From contig NW_026262712.1 in the NCBI RefSeq assembly GCF_021869535.1, positions 112,468,001-112,532,000 on the forward strand: a DNA stretch of 64,000 bases, in the 5' to 3' direction. The notes beneath the pieces were generated by a model. It did no database searches, was not told the origin of the DNA, and saw only the letters and a list, made by a program, of their open reading frames with translations. Source of the DNA: Mytilus californianus. Its lineage: Eukaryota. Positions 25,992-37,883 of this stretch are shown here, in pieces. The translations under genes and the position numbers were made by a program. The stretch's first letter is position 1. Each line of letters begins with the position of its first letter.

Positions 25992-26173
25992 CTGTATATC
26001 CACAAAAGAAATTCAAAAAGCGCTTTGATACTAATAGCTTCAACAACGAACGATTAGATACATTAAAATTGAGATTTCCATGCTTCAATCATTCTGCATG
26101 AATGGATGAAATACAATAGATTTTAATGTTTTTAGATGACATAAGGGATGGTTTCTCCTTACATATTACATAC
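25992..26173 (-). other. Predicted 5'-UTR intron of TLR C
   Basis: Donor AAG|GTATGT and acceptor TACAG|GTCACAAT-ATG. The same arrangement occurs in F (52411-52614). Confidence 0.55.
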
Positions 26174-26774
26174 CTTGATTTTTGATCTGCTAAGATGACA
26201 TAGGTAAAACATCAAAACGTCACTGTCCGTCAATGATCTAAATACAGTAAAGTTATATATAAAAAAAAAAACCAAGTTGGACCATGTGTGCTTTTCTATT
26301 ACTTGGAATGCGATTTACGTCTGCAATTTAATATTCTTTCGAAAACAAATAAATCATTTTCAACAAAATTTTAATGAAGCCAACTGTATGATATGTAGTA
26401 TGGAGTAATTTCTGTAGAAATAACTAAGTGGTAAACAGATTTTGGCGTTTTTCAGCGAATGGTACAACCATATATATGACTTTGTTCATGAGTATAGCAC
26501 AAATGGTAGAAAAAAATATGGTAGAATTTATCTTATGTTACCAATTTATCGGTTTATGTACAGCGTATTTTTTTCATATGTTTTGGTACAGTTTATTGTA
26601 TGTTTCAATGGTACCAGTACAATGCAATTTTGAGCAAAAGCTACATACACATAAGGCAGTTTGAAGTGTATAGTTTAAAGTATCTGACAGAAATTTACAG
26701 GTTATTTTATAAATGTATTTCGTAATGTTGATAGTGTATACAAATAGGAGGCGTAAGATACACAGGGGACAGTC

Positions 26775-27245
26775 TAATATCAAGAAGTGAATGTCAAATA
26801 TTTCCTTAGATTACTTTGAATTTACATTGTTTGTGTAATTTCGTTCTCTCTTATGAATAAATGGGGATTACGCCATAATAATTAATAGTCCATCATTGTC
26901 AATTTCTAGCATTGTCTCTATACTTTAAAACTGATCACTTACAGCTACAATAAGTGTTATCATTTTTAACGGTTCACCTATGTTTGCAAACATTAAAACG
27001 TTTTGATTTCTTTAGAATTATTGAGGTTGACCAATGGTCTATGCGATTGTATTTTTATACCTCTGCATATTAAGCGACTAAATTCTTTAAATTCTTTCTT
27101 GTAGCTGTTTGTTTTTTTTTTTATTTGCTGTCTCATTGACACATAAGTGTAATCCCCATTTATTCATAAGAGAGAAGGAAATTACACAAACAATGTAAAT
27201 TCAAAATAATCTGAGGAAATATTTGACATTCACTTCCTGATATTA
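26775..27245. repeat. 97-bp near-perfect inverted repeat with 277-bp spacer
   Basis: Arms 26775-26871 and 27149-27245 are reverse complements with only about 4 mismatches. Confidence 0.9.
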
Positions 27246-29734
27246 AATTTTATTGCTGTGACATCACCGTATATTGTCAATGCATTATGCAGATGAAGTA
27301 ACCGTAACCTTTACTTTTACATATGTGGAAACTCCAAAATGAATCGTAAAGTTGGGTAAATTTGACTTTTAGTAATTGATTATAACAGATTCCTCAATGA
27401 AATAATTTCGACATAAAGTACAGATATAGAACTGTCTTCACGTTATACATATTATAACGTCTATTTAGCAGCTTTCAATTTTATTTCGGCATCACTAAAG
27501 TAAATCATTAAAACATTCATTTAATCTACATTTTGTTACTTGCTCATTTATATGCAAAAAGTAAAATTATTACATGTCCTGAATGCACTTTGTGTGTCCT
27601 GAGTGCACTCATGAGGTCCTGAGCGGTTTTTAGACGTTCCGCTTGGTAAACACAGCGTCCTTGCAAGTAGCAAGCCTCTTTCAAGAAAATAGAAAAGGAA
27701 ACCAGAGCCCTATACAATTGTATCGTATAGTATAGCGAATTTTATAGTTTATTCGTTATTTTCATTTCAAAAGCAAGAAGAAAGTGATTTCCAATTCTAC
27801 ACACCCATCAAAGCACTTACTATTCTGAGTTTGTTGTAATTGAAATCTAATATATCTGTCACGTGCACTGTAAACGTACTGGTATTGTTAAATCTTAACA
27901 TATTCTAAACGTCTGAAACTAATTAATTGTCAGTGAAATTGTAAAAATAGGAAGATGCAGTATAATCGCAAATGAGACAACTCCCCACCATAGAGCACAT
28001 GACATAGAGGTTAACAACTATAGGTCATCGTACGGCCTTCAACAATGCGCAAAACCCATACCACATAGTCAGCTATTAAAGGCCCGAATTCACAAATATA
28101 AAACATTTAACAGTCTGATTTTAGTAAATAATGAACGCAAAAATGAAAAAATAGTTTATCTAGAAAAAAAATTATTGCTGAGTTACACAAAATGATACTG
28201 TATTCGATGAATATGTGATGATAGATTTATACTAGAACGTCATAATTTTAAACAGTCTGGTAGAACTAATACGAATCTCATTTCAGGAACATAAAACACC
28301 AAGATAAATATCATAACCCTATACTACGATACAATAAGTTCTTATAAAACTGTTCCTATATGATTTTTTTTTCGAATGTAAGCTTTTCACTTGTGTTGCA
28401 GTTAATTTCATGAACTTTCAAAAGCCGAATATGTATCGTCTTTACAAGCAGCCTGTAATAAATAGGGTTAACCTTTTTTCTTTTTCTTTTTTGTTTACAA
28501 ATATTCGTAAGAACAAACAGAATAAAGAGATTTATTATTCCAATATCTTATTATATAACTGAATATTTAGATATTAAAACAGTTTAGCCATTTCAATGAT
28601 TTTTATTCTCATATTTTGGAAATTATTGATATTAAAGTAAAACTTTGACGACGGCATTTGCTAAACATCAAATGTCGCTATTCTATAATGATTTGGTATA
28701 CTTTTGATCTTCCTTTTATTCCGAATGCATTTTTTTGCGGGGGAGGGGTAGGGAATTATCCGTATGGTATAGCCACGCTAACAAACAATAACTTCTGCAG
28801 TTCTCTTTGTAGAGGCATATATTTAGTGGAGTTGCCGTCGGTTGCTGAATCTATACTAGAAAAACATTGACGCGTTGTAAACTATAAAAACTTGACTGAG
28901 AGGAAAGCATTTGCTAACGCTCTGTCATGATTTGTAATACTGAATGATTTTTGAATAGAAAATCTAATTACAATGAAGCGGTTAAACATATACATGCCAC
29001 TAATTCGAAAAATTCTTTGAAAGCTGGATATTATGAAGAAAAAATGGCTATAATAGACCCAAATATAATATAATATGTAAAACATTTCAAGTGAGAAATC
29101 TATGTAACTGAAAACTTCTATGAAATTATTGCTTGTATATTAGCTATTCCTCATTTTTAAGAAAAACAGAATCTCAGACGGAACTCTAATTATCTACATT
29201 ATATTTACACCCCAGTTCTATTGTTACACTTCATTGTTTCTATTTCTGAAACAAGTGTAAATTGAATAGATCTATTGTTACGAAAGACAATGGATTTTGA
29301 CCACAGGGTGTGACGAGCGGGGTTTCTGAAAAACCCTGCTCCTACATCCCGAAAACACAGTCCATTAGTATTTATAACAATAGAAAATGTTTTTATTAAT
29401 AGCATGTACAGAAGAGATTACAAATAGTGTTCACTATAAGTTGTTTCAACCCATATTAAAAAAAAACATATTTCAGGATATTCCAATAGCGAAAAAAATA
29501 TTTAGCATCTATTTTGAAGAAAAAAAAACATTTAAATGTATAGTTCAAATAAAAGTTCTATACATGTATGTTCTTTAAGACATTGCCGTTTGGGATTAAA
29601 ATTTTAGCTCCAAGCAAATTTATAAATTTATTGAATATGTTTTAGTTGGGGGGTCACTTGATTGTTGCTTGTTACACACTCGTTGATTCAATGTCAAAAC
29701 AAGATATCAAAAAAATCATTTGTTTTCTATGTTG

Positions 29735-30035
29735 AAATTAGTTTTATTTAAGGTGGTTTGGGAAACATAGTATTGCAATTCATATTAATCACTTTCCACT
29801 TTGCGGGTGCGAGTTCTGCCTTGTAGCGGCTTTAGCATGCTATTTTTTTCAAAAGTTACAAGGGTATTTTTTACGTGCAAGAGATACGGCCCTCTCTTAA
29901 CCATAGCCATTTATTGTCCCCTTCTGACAGACAATGATCGTTTCACAAGACCATACTCGCAAATGGTGCCAAGGGAAACCGAACATTCAGTCCCTGAATT
30001 TTTTTCTCCGGAACGGGGATCGAACCGGGAACTTT
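29735..30035 (-). mobile_element. tRNA-derived SINE-like element with a Deu/Nin-like central domain
   Basis: Minus strand has B-box-like GGTTCGATCCC at ~30025, then CTTGCACGTAAAAAATACCCTTG, resembling the Deu/Nin domain (from memory, not aligned). Confidence 0.5.
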
Positions 30036-32672
30036 TCTGTTAGTAGTCCTGTAAAATTATTGACATTATGTACAGGCTATCACGAACATTCTTCATTCTT
30101 CATAACCATGTCCTCCTTGTCGGTGCCTGATGTAGCAAGGATAAAATTGGAGGACTACATATTTCCATATCCAAAAATTTACATTTTATCAAAACTAAAG
30201 AAAACTCCATTAGCTCTAACTTAACATATCAACAATGTTATGTTTTGTTGGTCTTGCATTCAGTTTTAAAGCTACAGACATAGATAATTTTGATTTTTTA
30301 AAACTATTGGTATTACGTTGTTATTTCATTCCAAACTTGACTATTTTATGCAAATCACATTAAAAACATAAAGGGTGTACGAACTGTTTTTAATGTAATA
30401 CATAGCAGGTGTGATTATAGTTGTTAGATATGTGAAAAGGGAGAAAAAAGATGACGGGAGCCACATAATTTTGCATCCAAGATAATAGCTTCTAGTAAGT
30501 TTATTTTCTACTGCCCTGTTAATAAAAAAACAAAATTACTAAAATAGTGATAAATGAATATTGGTTATTGATTAAGAAACAACAAGACATTTGAAGGGCA
30601 TTCTTTGTGATTAGCATTTTGTTCTCTTCAAAATTAAGTATACACATTTTATTTTTCAAACAATAAGACTGCGGCACCAGACAGGTTTTGCATTTATATT
30701 CACACCCAAAGATGTTGAAACTTCAAAAGTTGAAACTTTTTTCAATTGATTTTTTATAGGGAAAACGCAGGACCAAACAATGCTTCCATTGTCGACTAGT
30801 GAATAATAACTTTCGTGTTACCTTATGAAACAAACATGATTGTAATACCGGAGGGTTTTGGCATGATAAAAGTTAACAAATATCTTTGTTTCATTTAACA
30901 TTAAACAGTCCTTATATGATCATACTCATCTAATCATAGTGCATTGTTGTACTTTTCCTCTTTGACTTATCAGACTAAACATCAGACAAAAACGCAATCT
31001 TATTATCTGTGTGACATAATTTGAACATTTATTTGATAATAAGAAGTAAACTATCGTTCTATTTATTTCCAGAGATATTTATGTACATGACATTTACCCG
31101 ATCGTTATGTACACAAATTTTGATTATTGAATGATAACTCACTGACTAAAATATTTAAATTTTAAGAGACTAAAGTCAAATCCATGCAGTGTTGAAAATT
31201 TGTATTATCGATTGGATGAATTAATTAAAAATACATTTTTCAAGAAATAAATTATTGCAGATAACATATACATGTTAACAACATATACATATATGGAGAA
31301 GGGCGTGAGCGTGTTAAAAACTCAGGGTTTAAAACAGGACGTTATCGTAACAATTTGTCGCCAAGGGTAAACAACAACATGTTCAGATGACAGGCTGTAA
31401 TCAGCAATATGTTACCGTACGCCTTTAGCAATAAACGAATCCATTACCATGCTATCAACTATAAAAGATCTCAAAATATTATTGACAACGTTTTTTAAAT
31501 TCTGGCTAGAAATTCATAAGCTTTTAGCAAAAATCACTCTGTTAATAGAATACATCACAATCGGATATGATACTACAAATACTTTATCACATTTTATCAA
31601 AAAAATAAGATATATACAATCAACATCTCATTTTTCTTGACTGATAAAAAGATAATTGGCTTTTTTACATATTTCGGTCTATTTTGCAGCTGTTTCGTTT
31701 CTTGAACTGCAACGAACTATCGCATCACCTTTAAGATCGATATATTTTTAGGTAATCCGTACTAATAAACTTATAGCAGTTTCCTAACATTAGATATACA
31801 ACCTTCAATAGCATTATTTCCCCTAATCACATAGTTTCTATAAAACTCTTACTTGCTGTTAATTGTTAGATGAATGTTAACAAATAATGAGATTACGGTA
31901 TGATCAGCTGTATAAGATCTTTATCATGATGTTTGTTCTACCACATAGATTTCTGATTGATATTTTATCGTTGAGTTATTGTAACACTTGTTTTACCACC
32001 TTTATTATTTATAATGGTTCATCTTTTGAATTTTGTCAAAATCAATGTGTATCGATATTATTGTTTCTATAATGAACTGGTGGATGTCAATCGCGATACC
32101 AGAAAACGCTGATTAAGGGTATACTTGTAAATCTAGAAGGATAGTGTTTGACCTCAAAATAAATCCCTATTTATCTTTATTGAGATATTTTTTTTCAAAT
32201 ATTTCAGCAATTCTCAAATGTAAACACGACTGTATTATTGTCATAATGATAAATCTAGATCACCAGAAGATCCATAATCTAAATAGTAGTTTCATTTGAC
32301 TGTGTTTTCAAACCACAAGAGACATTTGTAACTAAAATTTCAGAATAGTAGTCTAGCAGTTGGATTTGCATGACAACATAAATATGTAATACCCGTCAAC
32401 AATTAGCTTTCAGATACACAAATTCGTGTTCTAATTAATTCACTTAACGAATTAAACTAGTACATAATCAAACCTAATATCAATTCATTTTTAAATGCAG
32501 AAATTAATGTAAAAATAGACAGACTATATTTAGTTGCATTATTTCAAATTACAACCCTTTGTAAACGTATTATGTATTATGTTTTTATCATAGTAGGTTT
32601 TTAAAACTTTGAATTATCAGTTGAATGTAGAACTCCACTATATAAGGTTGGTTTATGTTTGTTAATTAAGCC

Positions 32673-33150
32673 ATGGTTTTTTTGCTCCTTTCGTGTTTTG
32701 TGACAATTCAAGGGTTTCTTCTAGATGGGAGTACATCGTTGCCTAAAGCTGGAACTGTTATGACTGATTCTCACTTTAGCATGCTACTTAATTTACTGGT
32801 GGAAGAACGTAATTCTCGTGAACAGTTGGAACAAATTGTAAAACAAAATTAACAGGAAATAACCAATATCAATGAAAAGTTTAGCCGTTGTAACTGTAAC
32901 AAACAAGACGTGAATGTCAATGTCATTAACAATGAGATCGCACAGTTGGAATATAAAGTAGACGTTTTACAGGAAACCGTTCATTCCATACAGGTTATAA
33001 ATGCACAGATAAAACTCAAACAGGTCTTGACAGAAAACAGTTTTAGAAATTTAAAGAAAAACATTTCAGGACTTAAACAATTCTTCCTTAGATAACGTAC
33101 ACAAAACTCTGGATTCGACAATAAAGCAAGTGGCGCATATATCAAACAAA
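32673..33150 (+). pseudogene. First exon of a secreted coiled-coil protein gene, resembling bivalve C1q-domain-containing proteins; disrupted
   Basis: ATG 32673: MVFLLLSCFVTIQG|FLLDGSTSLPKAGTVMTDSHFSMLLNLLVEERNSREQLEQIVKQN* (TAA 32850). It continues in frame as heptad-rich sequence, has an apparent +1 shift near 33070, and ends at donor GTAAGA (33151). No C1q exon found. Confidence 0.55.
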
Positions 33151-33329
33151 GTAAGATTTATAAATCATTCTCCTAAGTTGTATTTACCTATATTACCAAT
33201 TGTCATGAACATCGCTCTATCAGTTTTCGTCGTGATATTTCATTACCAAGATAGTTATATATGTTTTATGCACTTGACACATGTTCCTGGTAAACTGTCA
33301 TAATGTCGAAACTTAAGAGGCGACATTTT

Positions 33330-33530
33330 CCTAAACAAACCCGGGAAAAAGTCTAATTCGGTAGGTCACATTCGTGAAAAGGGAAGGGGATTGTAGTAAC
33401 GACATAAGGAACATATCCGACATCATCTCGTGATGGCGTACATAAAATTTACGAATGGATGATTTCAACTTAACCAGTTGGAACTCTTGGTTATATAGCT
33501 TCCTTGTGTTAACATTTCTATACATGTTTT
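33330..33530 (-). mobile_element. Penelope-like RT C-terminal fragment
   Basis: Reads KLYNQEFQLVKLKSSIRKFYVRHHEM. Confidence 0.7.
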
Positions 33531-36114
33531 TTTTTAATTACATATACATGTAGCCTTTGCTTTTGTTTGCCATGATTGACCATTTTACAATTTTATAAAC
33601 TGAGAGAAATAGGAGTAAGAGATGAATTTTATATCACAACAATTCACAAACATGGATGTAAGCAACAGTATGCTCTTGACATGGAACAGGCATATACACA
33701 ATATGAGCGCTCATCCCTCCCCTTTAAATGGGACAGTGGTGCAACAATACAACAGAAGAACAAACTAAAAAAATCAGTTGAAAAAGGTTTAGGTGAAACT
33801 TTGATTGGTTAACCAGTAATGGTTATTGTCTTATTTGCAATGAAATGTGATGTGAAATTGTATCAAATGAACTGGACATGATAAAACTGTACTCATGCCA
33901 AGTACTTTTTTATTTGAAACTACTAATAAGGGAAAATTAGTGGTCGTATTACACCTAACATGAAAGGTGAACATGCACCTTTGACCTTGTGTGTACTCTC
34001 ATTTGTAAAATAAATTATGCCATTTAAGTGAAATATTACCAAAATGAAATATTCTGAGTGGATTGAGTCTCAAAAACTCATTTTATGAGAATATTGCCTT
34101 GAAATATGACTCTACCATGAATAGTAGTAGACAGAACAAGTCATACTCAGTGTTTTTGGGGAGCTTTTACTGACTTTTTCTTATATGTTGTTACAATAGA
34201 AAACTGTTTTCTAAGTACGACTTTATCTTAAATACTTCAAATACTCATTTATTGTTACATCTCTTTCATAAATGAGTGGAAATTACCCAAAAATTTGTAT
34301 TTATTAGCCTAAAAAGATGAAATTTTGATGAAATGAGAGATTAAAAGGACCAAAAGGGACTTTATAATGAAGACAAATAGGAACATTAATGGTATTTATC
34401 ACCCTAAAAGTTGCACTTTGTAAATTCAGCTGTTTCACAAACCACGCCTCTTTTGATGAGATATATAATATTCATAGACAATTTGTTTTGTTTACCTTAT
34501 GGTTCCCAGATAATATCTTTATTAGCATCTCAAAGAGACATAAATTGGGAATGTCACCAGTAAAAATGAAAAAAATATATAGCTGCGACCTTGAATTCTG
34601 ACGGAGACCAAAAGTAAAGGTTGGTGTAGTATATAATTTAGGTATAGGTTTAAACTCTTAGATCTTCGGGGCATATAAATGTTAAAAAATATGCTGCATA
34701 GCCCTATATTGTGACCTTTGAAAAAGATAGCAGTGCATATGAGCTTTCCATTACAGGATATATTTTTTCCGAAACTTCAAAGTAAAAGTGGTAGAGTGTA
34801 CGCCGTAAAAGGAGTTCCTATGGGAAATTACATTGTCTATATTTACAGAAATGCAACGTATATTAGGTGAACAAAGAGAACATGTAGAATTTCACCAAAT
34901 CTGGTTTATCTAATGAAATTAACTCAAATATGAAATTATATTAATATTTCATCAACATTAAAAAATCCTTGGCCCTTACTATGATGAATCAGCATAAATT
35001 CAGTTTACAATATGCATAGATTACCTATTTGTAATTAATTTTTTTGAATTGTTACGCTGTGCTTATATTTACTCTTCGCAGTACTTGCAACTCATTGAGT
35101 CTTGGTGAATATTGTTGTTGGGGTGTTTTTGTCCTGTCGAAAACCAAAACGTAAGCCATAACACCTCAATGATTCCTATGTTGTGTTTTGTTAACTATTC
35201 TTTGTTTGTTTGTCTTTTTCTTTTTTAGCCATGGCGTTATCAGTTTTATTTTTGACTTATTAGTATTAATGTCCTCCTTTGATATCTTCCTCCTTTTAAT
35301 CTTATCAATTCTTATATAATATTTAGACAGATAAGATACCTGTCCATTTGTTATCACATTAATGTCCATTTTTAGTAAAACACATAATGTATCGAATCAA
35401 TGCATTACTTGCTTTAAACTTAGTGCCTACCTTGCGAAAACATTTGACGTAGGGGCATGTACATTCACTCATATGGCAAATTGTCGCACATCCACACATC
35501 GGTTCCGCTTTCAACCTATTAACCATACAAATATGTTATTGCCTTGACAACCCATTTCGTGTTCACCATAGGTTATTGCTTCGAACATATATGAAGAGGT
35601 ATTGATTTTGAAAAGAACACTCGATGCAATACAATGAGTAACATTGAATGTTAAAAAATGTTGATACGGAAAAATAATATTGATATCTATTAATTTGTCA
35701 ACCATAGAATTGATGCGGTATCCTAGCTCTCGACAAAATAGATGTAAATACAAATTGGAGTTATTGCGCTTTTTTCATTTTGTAATTTATAGTTGCTTAC
35801 AAAATGCAACAAACTATACAATATATTTTTTTTACAAAAGACATCAGTAGCTTCATTTGGAGATAAAGACTTCATTAAATCAGTTTTTAGAACAGACTCT
35901 GCTAGAGAAAAATTGTTTTTTTCCAAATAATATAGGTATCTGTAGTTTTGATTTTCTTTTACTAGTGTTTAGTTATTCCTCTCGCCCATTTATTTTGCAG
36001 CTTTGAAAATATACCTAAGCTCTCTCGTGTAATTATAAATACTACATTAATTAAAAACCAATCGTTCAGAGAACAATTGAAGGTCTTTCCACATCAATTT
36101 TCAAAGTTATTGAA

Positions 36115-36400
36115 AAGAAACTACTTCCAGTTTACTCAAAGTGGAATGTACTATCCAATCATAAGTTTCGTCATACTGATGCGATATATAAATGGTTTCC
36201 TTATACTTTTTAGTGAAATAAGGGAGATAATTAGCTACTTCCGGTAAAGTAAATGTCACTTCCGCTCTCATATGAAAGCTTTTTTCACACTGATTCCAAA
36301 AATATATAGTTTCTATATACTTTTGCCTGTAAACCAGGAGACAATTTGCAACTTCCGGTTTATTGAAAGTCACTTCTAGTCTTTAGTGCTAAGTTTATGT
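36115..36400. repeat. Degenerate ~113-bp tandem repeat (about 2.5 units) abutting the TLR D truncation
   Basis: Recurring (c/a)ACTTCC(G/A)GT..aagt..cacttc at ~36122, 36236 and 36350. Confidence 0.6.
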
Positions 36401-36414
36401 ATTAAAATTACAAA

Positions 36415-37883
36415 ATTTCATGCATCTGATCTGCCCAATTTCTAATGGATGAACTTATACTTGTAAGGAGATTGTTTCTAACATCAAGCACTTTCATTTT
36501 GTATGCGTATTTAGCTGTTCTGGAATAGATTGTAGTAAATTGTCAGTTAAATAAAGGTTTGACAAATTTGGCATTGGTTTGAATATATCGTCCGACAAAT
36601 ACCATATATTATTTTTTAGAATATATCAAGTGTCTCGACAGATTGAAGATTTGTGAATAAGTTGTTTCCTTTTCTGGTTATTCAGTGATTTAGGACAGCT
36701 TTTTTCAATACAATCGTTTTTATGTTGTTTTTCGGAAAAAGGCGTAATTGGTCCCAAGCGAAAGTGTACCCGGTTCCAGCAGAAATATATGTTTCTAGCC
36801 GAAGTGTCATAAAAAGCATTGAAATAGTTGTATTTGAATAAGATATATCCAAATAAGTAAGGTTATTGATTAACGTTACTATAAACAAAGGTAGAGGTAA
36901 TGGGTTTACTATTGTGAAACTAATATCTAATTTTTCTAGTGATTTTGGTAATATAGCGTAACTTCGAGATTTTCTATGCAAATTGTTTTCAAATTCTTTA
37001 TTATTTCGGATGTCAGTGTCAACGCATACGGGAGGTCTTTGCTATCAATACTTAGGTCACTTACATGGCCAAGATTGATTGTAGTTAAAGATGCATTAGT
37101 GTATGGATGTAACAGCTGTAATGCACGCGTAAGATGCATAAACGTTCCAAAAAAGTCTAAAGAACGAAAATTAGGAAACGGACACAAAGCGCCAACTTCT
37201 GTTGATACAAAGTGTAACTGACAATTTCTGAGCCAAAGTTCTTCTACAGAAGATGAAAGTGTCTGAAATGTTTCATTTGATAGGCGTACTAAATAACAAG
37301 ATTCAAAATGCAATTCTCCAAGGTTAGTCATTTGAATGAATCCGCTTCCGAAGTTTGGCACAGGCATCATATCAATTCCTAAGAAAGTCAATTCTCTCAT
37401 AACACCGAACGCATGATCGGGATAGTTGAATTCCTTATCATAATTCTCAGGTTGAGGCATATTACTCCTGATATCCAATTTTGTTAAGTTTTGAATCGGA
37501 AAAAAAAGTTCGGCTGAATATTCATAACATAAATCGAGCAAATTGTGAGACATATCAAGCACGGCAAGATTGTGCAACTCCTGAAATGACTTATTAGATA
37601 ATTGTTCAAGTTGATTTGAGCTCAAATAAAGTTCTTGTAGATATTTATAATTAATAAACGAACTGTTTCCAATACTTCTTAAATAATTTGAAGATATATC
37701 TAGAACATTTATATCCCTGGGTAAATCTTGAGGAACAAACTGCAGATCTCTGTTTTTACAATCAGCTATTTTAACTACAAGTTTTCCATTAAATACATAT
37801 TTGATATCACAATCTGATGATCGAGAGATTACATCACACTGAATTACAGTACAAAGTACTGCATAAATAATAATCCTTACCAT
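36415..37883 (-). pseudogene. TLR: Toll-like receptor D, ectodomain only, internally deleted and 3'-truncated
   Basis: ORF 36936..37883 (315 aa, signal+LRRs) goes out of frame at a ~250-bp deletion relative to B (~36968). Homology continues to WADQMHEI at ~36415 and then stops. No LRR-CT, TM or TIR is found nearby. Confidence 0.88.

Noticed and set aside
25984-26088. 35-aa N-terminal extension of the TLR C ORF (MKHGNLNF..)
   Set aside because: It lies in the predicted 5'-UTR intron, is not open in paralog F, and would bury the signal peptide.
29205-29405. Possible C1q or other exon partnering the 32673 exon
   Set aside because: Wrong side and strand for that exon, and no recognisable C1q motifs.
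35340-35760. Cys-containing frames (CRELGY) resembling an SRCR domain
   Set aside because: Multiple stops and no consistent SRCR cysteine spacing.
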